NCBI GenBank assembly: GCA_022813965.1
Contig: JALDZS010000003.1
Span: forward strand, 124,001 to 188,000
Length of the DNA: 64,000 nucleotides
Source: Toensbergia leucococca
Lineage: Eukaryota
Reading direction: 5' to 3'
Both the position numbers and the translations under genes were made by a program. The notes under the pieces are model-generated. The model had not been told where the DNA came from. It ran no database searches and saw nothing but the letters and a program-made list of their open reading frames with translations. Shown here piece after piece: positions 53,066 to 64,000 of this stretch (its first letter is position 1; every line of letters begins with the position of its first letter).

Positions 53066-54926
53066 ATGACATCTGCCACAATAGCAATTGACGGACTATG
53101 GCATTGCTTATGCCCATCATTCAGTCTTGGTACTTTGGCCAAGGCGTCCCGGATCAGCCGGCCAATTAATGCGCTCTTTCGACAGTGTTCGACCAGCTCG
53201 ACCGCAACGCGGCAGCAGATCTATGGAGGGCAGCGGCCACATCATCCACAGATACAATCCTCCCTAAACAAGCAATTAGCCAATATCGACAACGCTCGCT
53301 GTCTTCATGATTGGAGCGACGAGCGATATAAGCCCCTCGGCAAAAGTAGGTTGGACGGGCTTACCACTCGTCAGGCGTATGAAGAGTTGCGGCGAGCAAG
53401 CATCCACGGAGACTATCTGACCGTCGAGAAACTCGTGCAAATTCTCGTGAGAAATCACAGGGAGGAGCCGAATTCGCGTCTGTACCATGCCTTACTGCTT
53501 GCCAACACAAACCCGGAAAATGGCTCTTTGGCCGATGTTACAAGATTGCTGCAGGAAATGGCAGACAATGGCATCCCTCTTGATTCAGCTGCGTATCATG
53601 CGATTTTGAAGGTGATCTTACATGACTAGAAGCTTGAAGATCGTCTACTGATGACCTTTGCTATAGGTTCTCGCAATACATCCCGACTACCTACTGCGGC
53701 AAGACATCCTAGAAGAACTACGGCAAAAGTGGTTCACCCTTTCCAACGACGGCTGGCACGACTTAGTTGTGGGACTGATTCGGGATCGGCAGCTGGAGCT
53801 AGCAATAGACACACTCGAGCAAATGCAGAATGACGGCGTCAAAATACAGTCGTGGCTCCGCGACATGGTGATCTACACCCTTTGCGACGTTGAGGAGTTC
53901 GACGAAGCCTTGGCTATGATGAGATCCCGAGTATCAAGAGGGGAACTCTCAATATCAGCCACACTCTGGTACTACCTTCTTGACACTGCCAGCCGTGCCC
54001 TCCACGAACCTTTGACTCTTTACGCCTGGCGCCACCGAGTCGAAACCAGGTATCTCAACCCCTCCACAGGCATCTGCCTCAATGTTCTCTCCACAGCCGC
54101 TCGCAACGGGTCCTATCGTCTTGCCACCGACGTCTTCCGCATCCTCGGCTCCCGGAACCACACCATGGCAATCCACCACTACGAATGCCTCCTAGAATCT
54201 TACCTTGCCGCATCCGACCTTGCCTCCGCCTTCGCCGTCCTCTCAGTCATGGTCTCCTCAGACTGTCCTCCCACAGAAGCAACTGCCCGCCCAATCTTCA
54301 TCTACCTCTGCGAATCTCCCGATCTTCCCGCTTTCGCCCTCACTATCCTACGCGACTTCCAGAAATCACAACGTGTTATACCCACCCCGGCGGTAAATTG
54401 CATCATCGAAGCCTTCATCCATCACAAAGATCTCACGTCCGCAATTGAAACCTACAAATCCCTTCACACAATCTGCCCCAACGGTCCCACTACCGCAACC
54501 TTCAACACCCTCTTCCGGGGCTGCTCCAAATCGGCCCGCAAAGACCAAGCCATGTTTCTCGCATCAGAAATGGTCGCTCTGAAAGTCCCACCTGATGCAC
54601 TGACATACGACCGCTTAATGCTGGTCTGCCTGAATACCCTAGATACCGTAGAGGGTACAAAGCTGGAGTATGCACGGGAAGGAATTGATGACGCTTGGCG
54701 CTATTTTGAGGAGATGAAGGCGACAGGGTGGTGGCCCAGGGGAGGTACTTTAGTCAAGATTGCCAAGAAGTGCTGTGAGGTGGGGGACGAGAAAGTTTGG
54801 GCACTTCTTGAGGAGATGCGGGAGAGGGGGATTGACTATGCGAAGATGACCAGAATGGTCAAGGACAATTGGAGGGGTGGCGAGGATGCCGCTAGGGCTT
54901 TCGAAACCGATGCCCCTGAAGAGTGA
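53066..54926 (+). CDS. Pentatricopeptide-repeat protein, probably mitochondrial
   Basis: Exons 53066-53611 and 53667-54926. PPR-like units PNSRLYHALL, LDSAAYHAIL, PTPAVNCII, PTTATFNTLF, PDALTYDRLM; N-terminus IDGLWHCLCPSF. Confidence 0.87.
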
Positions 54927-55218
54927 TGATGTTGCAATAGGTAAACTGAGGTCTGCTGATCAGCATCTTTAGCGTCTTCTCCAGCGTATTTGCTGAATTG
55001 GTCTCAATAAAGCAAAGCGAGTCAGGCCATGGCTGAACTTGAACAAATGCTATGCTGTACAATGCCAAAGAAAACTTATTCTAGAGCGGAACCTCTTTGC
55101 TTTCCCTACCTCGCGAGCTATGCAATGTAGAACAAAAAGCTGCCCAACAATCTCTATCCTTCTCACGCGCGCATGTAGTCTCTATTTCTCCCCAATATTA
55201 TACAAACTCTTGCCCACC

Positions 55219-56590
55219 TCATCTCCGTCTTAAATACCAATTAAAAGCCAATCCATTCACCTCGATTCCGTACGGCGTTGGCACTTCTCCCAACCCGGGC
55301 CTCGCAACAGGATGCCTCAAGTATACCGCGCTGCAGATCTTATGATGCACCTCCAGGTACCTTGGGATGAATGCGAAAGCTGACATGTATGGTCTGGGAC
55401 GCCAGGGGGTAGCGTAGGGCTTTGAAGGATCGATGGGATTCTCACGTGCTTCGGCCAGGGCGGATTCGAGAAGGCGCCGATCGGCTGCTGAGAATTTGGG
55501 ACGGACGTCGTCCTCGGATGGAGAGGATAGGGGTTCAGAGGATAGGTTTAAACGAGAGGTAAGTTCTAGGAGTTGAGCGTCCAAAGAGTCGGTGAGGATA
55601 GTTTTAGTGGTGGAGCGAGAGAGAGTCCGCTTGAGAGTTCGCTGGAAGGCTCGTAGGTCCTGTTTACGTTTTGCAGGTAGGTCGGTCTTGGTCGCTAGCA
55701 TGGTTTTTGCGCGGGCAAGGAGCGTGGTAAGCTCCTCCTTGGGATCGTCTGGGGTAGGCACAGATTGGGGTTCCGAAGACTCAGGAGCATCAGCTGCAGC
55801 TTCAGTGACTTCATCGGCGTCTTCATCGGCGTCTTCATCGGCGTCTTCATCTTCCGGGCTGGTGGCTTTTTGTTTCATTTTGCGGCCAGCGCGGCGCTCC
55901 TTCTTGTCCTTGGGAGCACCGGTTGCGAATAGAACGCGCTCGGGCTCGACTTGGAACATGTCTCCTGGGTTCAGTTGATAGCCTGGATATACCATCTGGA
56001 ATGCAAAGGATGAGAGCCTGAAGTACATAGAGCGTAGCGCCTCAATAGAGCTTACCTTTTTACCATTGACCTTCACATAACCATGCACAACGAACTGCCT
56101 GGCTTGACGAGTACTACTGGCGAACAAAGCCCTGAAGACAGCTGTGTCTAGTCTTCTCTCGACGGGCGCATAAACCATGGACATGTAGGGGATTTTGGGG
56201 AAGGGCCTTTGTTTTTGATTTGGGTGTACATCAAGGCCAGATCCTCGGCCCATGGCTTGTTCTGATCCATCGTGGCGGGCGAGATACTGGTGGTCCATGG
56301 GTATAACGGAACGAAGGGTTGCGCGAAACATGCGTTGCCAGTGCTTTTCTCGGACAGTCTCTCCATGATATGCACGAGTCAAAGACTTGGCGGTCCATTT
56401 CTGCTGGAAATAAGTCCTCTCTTGCACTCGAGGGGTTTCTGTACGCGATAAGTTGTAGAGGTTGTATTTGCTCCATGATTGTCGTATTTTCTGTGTACAA
56501 GAATTGTTAATTGTTGCTGGGGATAGATGGGAGGAGCTTCCAGGGACTTCAACTTACGACTTTCTTCAGTCCAAGAAAGCGTTTCCGCAT
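55219..56590 (-). CDS. NAM9: Mitochondrial small ribosomal subunit protein uS4m (Nam9)
   Basis: Exons 56590-56558, 56490-56056, 55995-55219. [33 protein letters not shown]4 domain [47 protein letters not shown], ends WYLRRR. Confidence 0.96.
55809..55851. repeat. 12-bp coding tandem repeat encoding (EDAD)3 in the NAM9 acidic linker
   Basis: cttcatcggcgt x3 plus a partial copy cttcatc. Confidence 0.9.
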
Positions 56591-56889
56591 GATGAAGCAA
56601 AGGGAGGTGGTAAAGGTCTGTTTGAATTGTCAACCTTTCAATCTCCCTGCAAGTGTATCAAGGTGAGATTTGGGTATTTGTATCCGTATCCGTAAGGCGT
56701 ACCTCGAGTTCGAGGGGTGCTCGACAGAAATACGCTGATGGTCCGTGCACAGATCTTTTAGAATAGAGCTACTCGAGCCCTTCAATTTCACCACCCTGAT
56801 CATCCCAATAATCCTCCACCCTTCCCGACGCCAACGTGAAGCTGACATACGGAATTACATCTCTAATAACACAACACTCTCTGCCCAAG

Positions 56890-58682
56890 ATGTCCAACCA
56901 TATGAACAACCTGACGACCCTTATCAAGCGGTATGTCTGCAACTTTGCTGGCCGTTGATCGGTACTGACTGAGCCTCTTTGTAGGCTGGAAGCCGCAACC
57001 TCGCGCTTGGAGGATATGGCTCAAAGCACTCTGGACCCAACAGCAATGACCAATGGATTACCGCCTGGTGTCGAGGGCGCCGTCGATGACATCGATGGCC
57101 CTGGCCAGCCCGGAGACTCAGCTAAACCGCCGCAAGCTTTCGAAGTCTTGCCTGCTTCCATTGATGACTTTGATGCTGTGATCAATGGGGACGTGAAGAC
57201 TTTTGTCAATATGAGCGATGAGCTAGGAGGCTTGGTAGCCAACCAGGTACACCAATTTCGCTCCGTCAAAGCCCTTTCAAGTTTTGCTGATGCTGAATCT
57301 GCCACTTCTAGGCCTCGGCAGTCCTTCGTGCCTTCGCCGCCCAACGCAAATTCCTGATCGTCACCACTAAATCCAAGAAGCCAGACAAACAATCGCCCAT
57401 CTTCATGGAAATCCTCAAGGAATTGCAGTCGATGATGGGAGCTGTCAGCGATATACGAGAGGCCAATCGAGGATCCCCCGTTTTCAACCATCTTACTACT
57501 GTCTCTGAAGGTATTGCAATGCTAGGCTGGATCACCATCGAGCCTAAGCCTACCGACTATGTGAAAGACGTGCTGGGTAGTGCCCAATTCTACGGCAATC
57601 GCGTCATTAAGGAGTACAAGGACAAGTGAGACATTTACGACTGCTATCTCCAAGCCCACAGCTAATGCTGCAACAGAGACCACGCCCATGTCGCATGGGT
57701 TCAAGGCTTCTACCGCATTTTTAAAACCCTCATTAGCTACATAGAACAACACTACTCCACCGGCATTACCTGGAACAACAAAGATGGTATAGACCCCGAA
57801 CAAGCTCTCCACCAAGTCCAAACCGGCCAAACGTTCCCCAGATCCCCCCCTCCCCAATCATCCGCATCAGCACCAGCTCCGCCCCCACCTCCACCCCTAC
57901 CACAATTTGACAATGGCCCACCTCCACCACCCATGCCTCAAAATGGCACCCCGTCCTCTTCCCGTGGCGGCACCACAGACATGGGCGCCGTATTCGACGA
58001 ACTCTCTAAAGGCGAGTCCGTAACCTCCCACCTCCGAAAAGTCGACCCCAGCACCCAAACGCACAAAAACCCCTCCCTGCGCAATTCCTCCGCCGTGCCG
58101 CCACCCACCAACCGCTCTCCCTCCCAAAGCAGCCTCTCTTCCCGCGCCGGTAGTGGCCCCAGCAAAAAGCCGAAACCAGAAAACATGCGCACGAAAAAGC
58201 CCCCGCGCAAAGAACTCGACGGCAATAAATGGATTGTTGAAAACTACGACAATCCACCCGACGGCATGCTCGAAATCGAAGCCTCCATCAACCATTCCAT
58301 CCTCATCACTCGCTGCACCAAAACCACCATACGCATCCTTAACAAAGCAAACGCCATTTCCATCGACAACTGCACCCAAGTCTCCCTCGTCATCGACAGC
58401 CTCGTCTCCGCCGTCGATGTCATTAAATCCCCCCGCTTCGAAATGCAGGTCCTAGGCACCGTGCCGACGATTATGTTGGATCAGGTGGACGGGGCAACGG
58501 TTTATCTGGGCCCAGAGAGTTTGGGTACAGAGGTTTTCACGAGCAAGTGCTCGGCGATCAATGTTAATCTGCCAGGCGGGGATGAGGAGGATGATTATCG
58601 GGAGTGTCCGCTGCCAGAGCAGATTAGAAGCGTGGTTAGGGGGGGTGTGGTTGTTAGTGAGATTGTCGAGCATGCGGGATAG
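56890..58682 (+). CDS. SRV2: Adenylyl cyclase-associated protein Srv2/CAP
   Basis: Exons 56890-56930, 56985-57246, 57312-57625, 57677-58682. RLE motif LIKRLEAATSRLED, AQFYGNRVIKEYK, polyproline tracts, WH2-like GESVTSHLRKV, C-CAP domain ending PLPEQI..VVEHAG-type SEIVEHAG. Confidence 0.96.
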
Positions 58683-59306
58683 GGAGTTGAAAGGGGGGTG
58701 GGGTGTATGATACGAACTGGAGAGCGGAGAGTGTGCGGGCTTGAAGCGGAGCGGCTTCTGCTGCTCGAGCCGAAGTATGGATTTGGGGCTATGTACGGAG
58801 TACCTGCCGCGGATTTGTAAATCAGTGCTTTTATGCACTACGAGGGCTTTTTTGGAAGACGGGTATTGTACGGGCTATTGGGCATAATGGTCCTTTCACC
58901 TACCCAGCCTAAAGAGCATTTCTTCTTCTTCTTCTTCTTCGCAAAAGCAAGCCGTTTCTCTAGATGCAATACCTATGTACAAGAAAAATCCAAATCGCTC
59001 CTTCAAAACCCTTCGACTCTTTGCAGGGTCCACGAAGGCCAAGGTTCTCCTCGTTGCCGTTTTGGTCGGTAGCAATAGCCAGGATCTTCTCTCTCCATCG
59101 CCATTGCACCCTCCGCTCTATCTCCAGCTAGTACTAGCATCCAGCCGCACAGCTAAACCAAGACCCCCGGAACTTTTGCGGCAGTGGTAATTGATATCCG
59201 CGCCCTCGTACAGAGATTGTACTTATCATAAGGCATAACAAACCGTGCTCCCCATTCACTCACCCCACCCACTAATTCCCAATAAACAAACAAACAACAA
59301 CACCAT

Positions 59307-61014
59307 CTACACCTCCTTAACATCCACCCTCTTCTTAGCCTGCTCCTCCCCCTCCCCACCACCCCCATTATCCTCTCTTGCACGCTTCTTCGACACTTCC
59401 ACGTCCGCTCCCTCCATCTTAGTATTTGACTTCTCGGAACTGCCGTTGAGATCTGCGTCCGCTTTCTGAGGGGTCTCAGCATTGGCAGAGGTGGAGGATG
59501 GGGGTTTGACCTCGCCAGCGGATTCGGGGGTCGAGGTGGCGATTTTGGGGACAGTACTGTCGGGGGGAGGGGTGAAGGATTAGTGAATGTATGGTTGGAT
59601 GAAAGGTGGAAGGGGGGTATCAATACTGCTCGTCTCTGTCGATTCTTCTCTTATCGCCGTTGCGATTGTCGCCGCTACGGTCGTCTTGCCTATCTCTTCC
59701 ACCTCGGCCACCTCTTCCTCTGCCAGAACTGCCGAAGCCTCTGTGCCGCCCTCCGCCGCGCCCTCCTCCGCGCCCACCTCCTCGCCCTCCGTCTTTGAAG
59801 CCATTTTTGCTATCCTCATCTCTTCGGGCTCTCCAGTCGCGAGAGTCATCGTCGCCTCCCTTGTTTCGACCATTGGACTTCTCGTTTGATCTTGGCTCAC
59901 GGGAATTTGCCCGTATGCGTCCAGCGGTGATGTCGTCGACTTTGTCATCGCAGTACTGTTTCTTGCTCTTGATTTCCAGCTCTTCGCCTTTCCATTTGGG
60001 TTTGGATTCCAGAGCGAGAAAAGCCTTTTGGGTGTCCTCGGAGTCGAATTCTACAAATACGCTGCCTTTGAAGTTTTTCTGGTGGTCGCGACGCAGGCGG
60101 ACTGAATTCGTGGGTCCATGGGGGGAAAAGAAAGCTTCGATATCGAATTGAGTACTTGGATGTTCGTCGCCAAAGCCTTTGGCGTAGATGCTGCGTGCCA
60201 TTGCGGCGTCCTCGTACACTTTTTGGATTTCGCGGGCGGGCTTATCTTGGAGGTCGGGCAAGGGGACTTTACGTTTGATGCAGGTGTCGTCTTCAACGAC
60301 ATCAAGGATTGTGCTTTCTTTCAGAGCGGCGAGGACGGCAGAGAAGGGTTGGAAGCGGCGCATGCGTTTGAAGGAGTGAACGACACTGATGGGAACGGGG
60401 AGATTTTTGTGCCCTTCGGTTTTTTGGAAGAGATATCTGTCCATGGGGAGATTGGAGTCGGAGAAGTAGAATTCGACCTTAGATTATTTGTGAGTAATGG
60501 GAAAGGAGGGGGAATCGAAAATAAGATTCCTTACTTGCTTGCGGATTTGGACTGGGTCACTGCTTTGCTCCTGTGCAGTGAAATCCGACTTGATATTGTC
60601 GCGGTAATTGGTTTTATGTCTCTGCGAACTGTTTTCGCGTTTTCTATCCCGGTTGTAAGGATTGTGGCCATTGCGACTGCTCCTATCCGACGGCTTGCTG
60701 TGGGTCAAATGGTTTATCGACGGCTCTGAAGGATCCTTGGAGATTTCTTTAGCTTCTTCAACTCCAGCTAGTACCTCATTGCCCTTTGTTTCTACAGCGA
60801 CGTCTTTTCCCGGGTCTTCAGCGGGTCCTATCTCCTCGGATTCAACGTGCTCGAGGGCATCTTTGACGTCCTCAGTCGCAGGCCCGACATCGGGGTTGGC
60901 CTTGGCCGTCTTTTCACACTGAGCTACCGAATCGGCCGAATTGATAGTTTCGTCATTAGCAATGGACGTGGCTGAAGGATCTGGCTCAATAGTCTCCACT
61001 TGAGTATCAACCAT
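59307..61014 (-). CDS. LHP1: La protein homolog (La motif + RRM + RGG)
   Basis: Exons 61014-60535, 60477-59627, 59556-59307. IRKQVEFYFSDSNLPMDRYL, SFKRMRRF, RRM RSIYAKGF..FKGSVFVEF, RGG tract and bipartite NLS KKRAREDN..AKKR. Confidence 0.93.
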
Positions 61015-61629
61015 GGCACAAGCTTAGTGTGCTTTGACGCAACGTTGTGGTTACAAGCCAAGCCGACCGAGAGATGGCAGGAGAGGAAATGTGCTGATAG
61101 GAGTATTTGTGATTAAGTAGTCTTCAAGCTCTTTAAACGTAGGGGAAAAGTGGGATGGTGGGGTGAGTAAGTCGAGAGTCAAGAAAGCTTCAAGGTTGTG
61201 GGATGAAAAAGAAAGGCCTTTGGTCAAGAGATAGATATGGAGCTAATCAATAGGATAGACGCTTTGCCGTGAATAGCGACAATTGAATTTGGGAATATCT
61301 TAGTTCCTTGAGATGTGAATGAAGCTTTTGGTGCTCCACAATAAAATCTCGAATAGAACTAGCGTGTTAGAATATTACAATACATTAAATTAGCGAGCTA
61401 GAACCATGCACGTCGCACGAATAGGTACGGATACCTAGGTATTATTCTGATTATTGATTGGTCACTCTGCGCGGGTAAGTGTACGAGTACCCCCCTTGAA
61501 TGGCTGCAGGTATAACATTTGAAGGGATAGGGACGCTTTGTGGGAAATTATAACTCTAGCATCCGTACACATCTACCTAGAGGTTGAGAAAGTTCCCAAC
61601 ACAGAGACGCTGGTAGTGAAAGAGCTCCG

Positions 61630-63479
61630 TTACGACAGCTCAAAGACTTCGGGAACGTCCTCTGAGCCAGACAAGACAATGTTGCTACATCCCCATCCGT
61701 CCCCCAAGCGCATCATCGGCAGCGCTGTGAGCCCAACCAACAAACCCAAGCTCCACCCCATGGTCCCCCAGCCGTGTTGTTCATACATGAATCCAGCCCA
61801 TATTGGCCCAACCAGCACTCCCGCGTCGAACGCCATACTGTACAGTCCGAATATCTGTGCTGTTGCACCCTGCCTGCCAAAAAACCCCGGAACATCCCTC
61901 TCCTTGGCTGTGACGAGATTCTCAAGTTCCACCATCAGGGCAGGAAACCCAAAGTCCATGAATAAGGCGATGAGGGCCAGTATGGCGGAGAGGAGGATCT
62001 TTTGGTGGAACGTATCGTGCGTGACTAGACGTAGAAGAACGAGGCTTGGGGCCGCAAGAAGGAAGCTGACGATGGTGAGAATGCGGACGCCGTATTTGTC
62101 ACAGAGGAAGCCTTTGAGAATCGTCAGTCATACGTTCTGCGCCATTAGGGAAAGCTGAGAGAAATGATACCAAAGAATGGTTCTAAAAACGTGGGTATGA
62201 CTGTGGCAAGAAAAATAAGGCCGGCACCGAGTGAGGTCCAGCCGAAGGTTGTGGAGACGAAGATTGGGAGAGTCTGCAAGACGTTCAATTGCTGGTCAGT
62301 GGGTTGAACAGTTGCAAATAGAATTTGGATGAATTCGCAGTCTTACGGCATCAAATGAGGCAATGACAACGGCCTGCACAAATGCTCCCCAAAGAGCGAT
62401 GACCAGCCGAGGACTTCGGAAGAGAGATAATATCGCAAAGGTACCACCGCCTCGTTTGACTTGGACGCTTGTTTCGTTCGACCTTACAGGCATGGATTGT
62501 TGTTGTCCTAGGGCTCCCCCTGAGCCCATGCCATCTGTCCCTGTCCATTTAGCGGCGACTCTCTTCTCGATCAAGGCTACTCTTAGGATGAAATCGAGGC
62601 CAATGAGTCCGAAAGCCATCCCGATCACAGCATCATATCCCCCAGTATCGTACACGACGCCTCCTAGGATTGGTCCAAGTCCAAAACCAACTGAAGAAAA
62701 AAGGTCAACATACCATTGCTTTGACAGCTGGCGTCGCTTGGCAGCTGTATAAGAAAGGAGCGAGTATTGTGTGAAAACGGGATCTCACGGTTGATGGCAA
62801 GACCAACGTAACCTAAAATCTGGCCCATCTTCTCTTTTTCTACAGTGTCCACCACCAAGGCCAGCCCAACGACTGAAACAAAGGATGAAGCAATGCCCTG
62901 CATGATCCTCGCAACAACGAAGAGTGAAATGGAACGAGCCACGAGCAACATAGCCAAGGAAGCGACAAGGAACCCAAGCCCGATTAGAAAGGGTAACATG
63001 CGGCTAGGAGTGCGATCGGCGACGAAGCCACAGATGGGCGAAGTGAGAAGATCAGCAGCAGACTCGCAGACAAGAAGCACCGTCACCCAGTATTGCGCTG
63101 CAGTGGGACACACTTAGTCTTGGGTGCTGAAACAGACATTGCGATGGAGTATACATGCTCTGGTCAGGCAAAACGCCTGCGCGTGATTGCAGTACAAAAG
63201 GCAATATGGGAACAATCTGTGAAGAATAAGCCTCATACGAGGATTGAAAAAAGCCAAGATTCGCCGAGAAGGAACGCACCATTCCATATAGGAAAATATC
63301 CTAAGATGTATTCTCCCAGTCAGCTGGTTCTAATCTGGATTCGAAGGCACGAGACTAACGACGAATGTTGCAAGGACTATACATGACAGAATGAATGCTG
63401 TCGACGAGCGATACTCGAGCAGAACAGGAGGACGCCCTCGAGTGGATATTGTTGGAGAGCTCTCGTTACTGTCGGTCAT
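61630..63479 (-). CDS. MFS transporter (DHA1 / vesicular amine transporter-like fungal family)
   Basis: Exons 63479-63360, 63300-63280, 63216-63159, 63097-62789, 62690-62347, 62273-62171, 62111-61630. Motifs DIFLYGMIVPILPF, GFVADRTPSR, ARIMQG, GPILGG, GFLCDKYG, GPIWAGF. Confidence 0.9.
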
Positions 63480-63929
63480 GGTGGCGGTGATGGCAGCCTT
63501 TGTAAATTGAATTATCAAGATAATGAACAATCACCGAAACCAAAAGCCTACTTTATCAGCCGCCTGGGGTGCTCTGTTTGCAATGAGTATGACCAAACAC
63601 GCCGCAGGCTCAGCGGGTGGTGGAAATTGCAAAAGGCAAAGCAAACGGCATCCAAGGGAAGACGGGAGAGGGCAATCGCCCAATAGAAATAGGGCTGTTA
63701 TATCCCATGTTGGGTGAGCATCGTCATCTATGGAAAAATAGGGAGACTTGATCCCAAAGGTGATGGTTGTACGCCATTGATATCACCTCACATTCCATCT
63801 CATGCATCTCATGGACCATGCACACCTGGCGAGACTTTTGCATGGCAAGTAAAACAGAAAAAAAACCGTATGCCTCGAACCCCTATAAAAGGAATCCAAA
63901 AACCCATCCTTCACCACCCCATCGCCCTC

Positions 63930-63961
63930 CCATCTCTCCAACCTCCCATCTCTCCAACCTC
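63930..63961. repeat. 16-bp tandem duplication (ccatctctccaacctc)2 in a C-rich tract
   Basis: Read directly; followed by a degenerate third copy. Confidence 0.75.
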
Positions 63962-64000
63962 CAATCTCCCATCCCAAATTCCTCACCAACCCCCCATCCT

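Noticed and set aside
62691..62788. Extra microexon inside MFS intron 4 (CAG...GTATGT)
   Set aside because: It would leave a 23-nt downstream intron, too short; direct splicing already restores the frame.

Overview
Eukaryotic nuclear DNA from a filamentous ascomycete (Pezizomycotina; a lichen-forming Lecanoromycete is only a guess). The window is gene-dense, with short spliceosomal introns (GT..CTRAY..YAG), so the ORF track fragments most genes. I rebuilt 24 protein-coding models by hand. In order: a 5'-partial CYA5/PET309-like gene missing from the ORF track, SRP68, ERG5, EAF7, a GCP6-like gamma-tubulin component, rhodanese, CAT2, an F-box protein, a DUF4210/FAM214-like protein, a secreted amidase, a 7TM protein, MCM3, FYV7-like, a single-pass hypothetical, ASK1, a LIM-RhoGAP, an orphan, a PY-motif membrane protein, LSM4, a PPR protein, NAM9, SRV2/CAP, La/LHP1 and an MFS transporter. 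I found no tRNA, rRNA, CRISPR array, intact transposon or biosynthetic cluster, and no clearly novel multi-gene system. The best leads are: a membrane-anchored disordered protein with an Atg8-interacting-like motif; a TAC-N2/3-GTA motif seen only in intergenic DNA; C-rich to G-rich strand switches at convergent gene ends; dual mitochondrial/peroxisomal targeting signals in CAT2; two probable GC-AG introns; a 42-bp in-frame duplication in GCP6; and a possible decayed MITE. All family assignments are from recognition, not database searches.
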